Shown: positions 1-336 of the stretch, piece by piece
Position numbering within the stretch: the stretch's first letter is position 1
Layout of the letters: each line of letters opens with the position of its first letter
Sequence record: K02751.1
Reading direction: 5' to 3' (one strand)
DNA length: 336 nt
Source of the DNA: a phage
Translations under genes and position numbers: made by a program
Notes under the pieces: model-generated
Told to the model about the DNA's origin: nothing
Seen by the model: the letters and a program-made list of their open reading frames with translations, nothing else
Database searches by the model: none

Positions 1-83
1 TTAAGTTGATGCAGATCAATTAATACGATACCTGCGTCATAATTGGTGGTTTGATGGCCTCCACGCACGTTGTGATATGTAGA

Positions 84-98
84 TGATAATCATTATCA
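84..98. repeat. 15-bp palindrome TGATAAT-C-ATTATCA (7-bp arms, 1-nt centre)
   Basis: Seen directly: 84-90 TGATAAT is the reverse complement of 92-98 ATTATCA. GATGATAATCATTATC (82-97) resembles the Fur-box consensus GATAATGATAATCATTATC. Function not established. Confidence 0.6.
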
Positions 99-104
99 CT
101 TTAC

Positions 105-111
105 GGGTCCT
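105..111 (+). promoter_or_regulatory. cosQ-like element (GGGTCCT), packaging termination signal upstream of cosN
   Basis: GGGTCCT lies about 20-30 bp upstream of the cohesive-end start, where cosQ sits in lambda. The exact cosQ coordinates are from recall, not verified. Confidence 0.55.
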
Positions 112-130
112 TTCCGGTGATCCGACAGGT

Positions 131-142
131 GGGCGGCGACCT
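131..142. other. cosN core: 12-nt cohesive-end sequence GGGCGGCGACCT (terminase nicking site)
   Basis: Exact match to the lambda 5' single-stranded cohesive end. Flanked by CGCGGGTTTTCGCTATTTATG as at the lambda left end. The 4 bp immediately upstream differ from the lambda reference (see findings). Confidence 0.9.
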
Positions 143-178
143 CGCGGGTTTTCGCTATTTATGAAAATTTTCCGGTTT

Positions 179-194
179 AAGGCGTTTCCGTTCT
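179..194 (+). promoter_or_regulatory. cosB R3, gpNu1 (terminase small subunit) binding element
   Basis: AAGGCGTTTCCGTTCT contains the CGTTTCC core and matches R1 (281-296) at 12 of 16 positions, same orientation. The position about 50-65 bp from the cohesive end fits lambda R3. Confidence 0.65.
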
Positions 195-204
195 TCTTCG
201 TCAT

Positions 205-231
205 AACTTAATGTTTTTATTTAAAATACCC
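205..231. promoter_or_regulatory. AT-rich bendable segment at the position of the cosB IHF site I1
   Basis: AACTTAATGTTTTTATTTAAAATAC is AT-rich with T- and A-tracts and lies between R3 and R2, where IHF site I1 sits in lambda. I could not place an exact IHF consensus match by eye, so the boundaries are approximate. Confidence 0.45.
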
Positions 232-238
232 TCTGAAA

Positions 239-254
239 AGAAAGGAAACGACAG
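239..254 (-). promoter_or_regulatory. cosB R2, gpNu1 binding element (inverted relative to R1 and R3)
   Basis: AGAAAGGAAACGACAG is the exact reverse complement of 281-296. It contains GGAAACG, the reverse complement of the CGTTTCC core. Confidence 0.7.
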
Positions 255-280
255 GTGCTGAAAGCGAGGCTTTTTGGCCT

Positions 281-296
281 CTGTCGTTTCCTTTCT
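281..296 (+). promoter_or_regulatory. cosB R1, gpNu1 binding element
   Basis: CTGTCGTTTCCTTTCT contains the CGTTTCC core and forms a perfect 16-bp inverted repeat with 239-254. It lies about 25 bp upstream of the Nu1 start codon, as in lambda. Confidence 0.7.
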
Positions 297-320
297 CTGT
301 TTTTGTCCGTGGAATGAACA

Positions 321-336
321 ATGGAAGTCAACAAAA
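321..336 (+). CDS. Nu1: 5' end of the terminase small subunit gene (gpNu1); CDS continues beyond the window
   Basis: ATG GAA GTC AAC AAA A encodes M-E-V-N-K, the recalled N-terminus of lambda gpNu1 (MEVNKKQLADIFG…). It sits 190 nt after the cohesive-end start, matching the lambda Nu1 start at genome position 191. A weak GGA Shine-Dalgarno-like motif lies about 7 nt upstream (311-313). Confidence 0.85.

Larger units (their letters stand above)
1..130 (+). other. Non-coding right-terminal segment of a lambda-type phage genome, ending at the cosN top-strand nick position
   Basis: Matches, from memory, the last ~140 bp of the phage lambda genome (…GATGATAATCATTATCACTTTACGGGTCCTTTCCGGTGATCCGACAGGT…) apart from two short gaps. 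No credible ORF on either strand. Confidence 0.8.

Noticed and set aside
83-211. 42-codon ORF on the + strand (ATG at 83, TAA at 209-211) spanning the cos junction
   Set aside because: No Shine-Dalgarno sequence. It runs through cosN and cosB binding sites, has a low-complexity predicted peptide, and exists in this frame only because of the 4-bp gap at cosN. Almost certainly a chance ORF.
200-235. AT-rich stretch that superficially resembles a sigma70 promoter (-10-like TATTTA/TAAAAT) upstream of Nu1
   Set aside because: This is the position of the IHF-bound, intrinsically bent I1 segment of cosB. No convincing -35 element at proper spacing, and lambda late genes are transcribed from the distant pR' promoter.
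266-300. GC hairpin (GAGGC-TTTTTG-GCCTC) followed by T-rich sequence, resembling a rho-independent terminator
   Set aside because: The stem is only 5 bp and the downstream T-tract is interrupted. It lies within the R2/R1 inverted repeat of cosB, immediately upstream of Nu1, which is expressed by read-through late transcription. A terminator here would be counterproductive, so the structure is better explained as part of the terminase-binding architecture.
1-336. Possibility of a novel defence system, CRISPR array, mobile element or RNA gene in the window
   Set aside because: The whole window is accounted for by the lambda-type cos site and the Nu1 start. There are no repeat-spacer arrays, no tRNA or rRNA-like structure, no transposon-type terminal inverted repeats, and no additional coding capacity.

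Overview
This window is not a novel system. It is the cohesive-end (cos) packaging site of a phage lambda-type genome, with the right genome end (window 1-130) joined to the left genome end (131-336), so it comes from a circular, concatemeric, prophage or cosmid context. Recognisable from the sequence: the 12-nt cohesive end GGGCGGCGACCT (131-142), a cosQ-like GGGTCCT (105-111), three CGTTTCC-core terminase-binding repeats of cosB (R3, R2, R1) flanking an AT-rich IHF-type region, and the first five codons of the terminase small-subunit gene Nu1 (ATG at 321, MEVNK...). The only unexpected signals are two short gaps relative to the lambda reference as I recall it: 4 bp (TACG) missing immediately 5' of the cohesive end, and about 10 bp (ATTATTTGAC) missing between 45 and 46. 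Both comparisons are from memory, not a database search, and need an alignment to confirm. A Fur-box-like palindrome sits at 84-98. The window is almost entirely non-coding.
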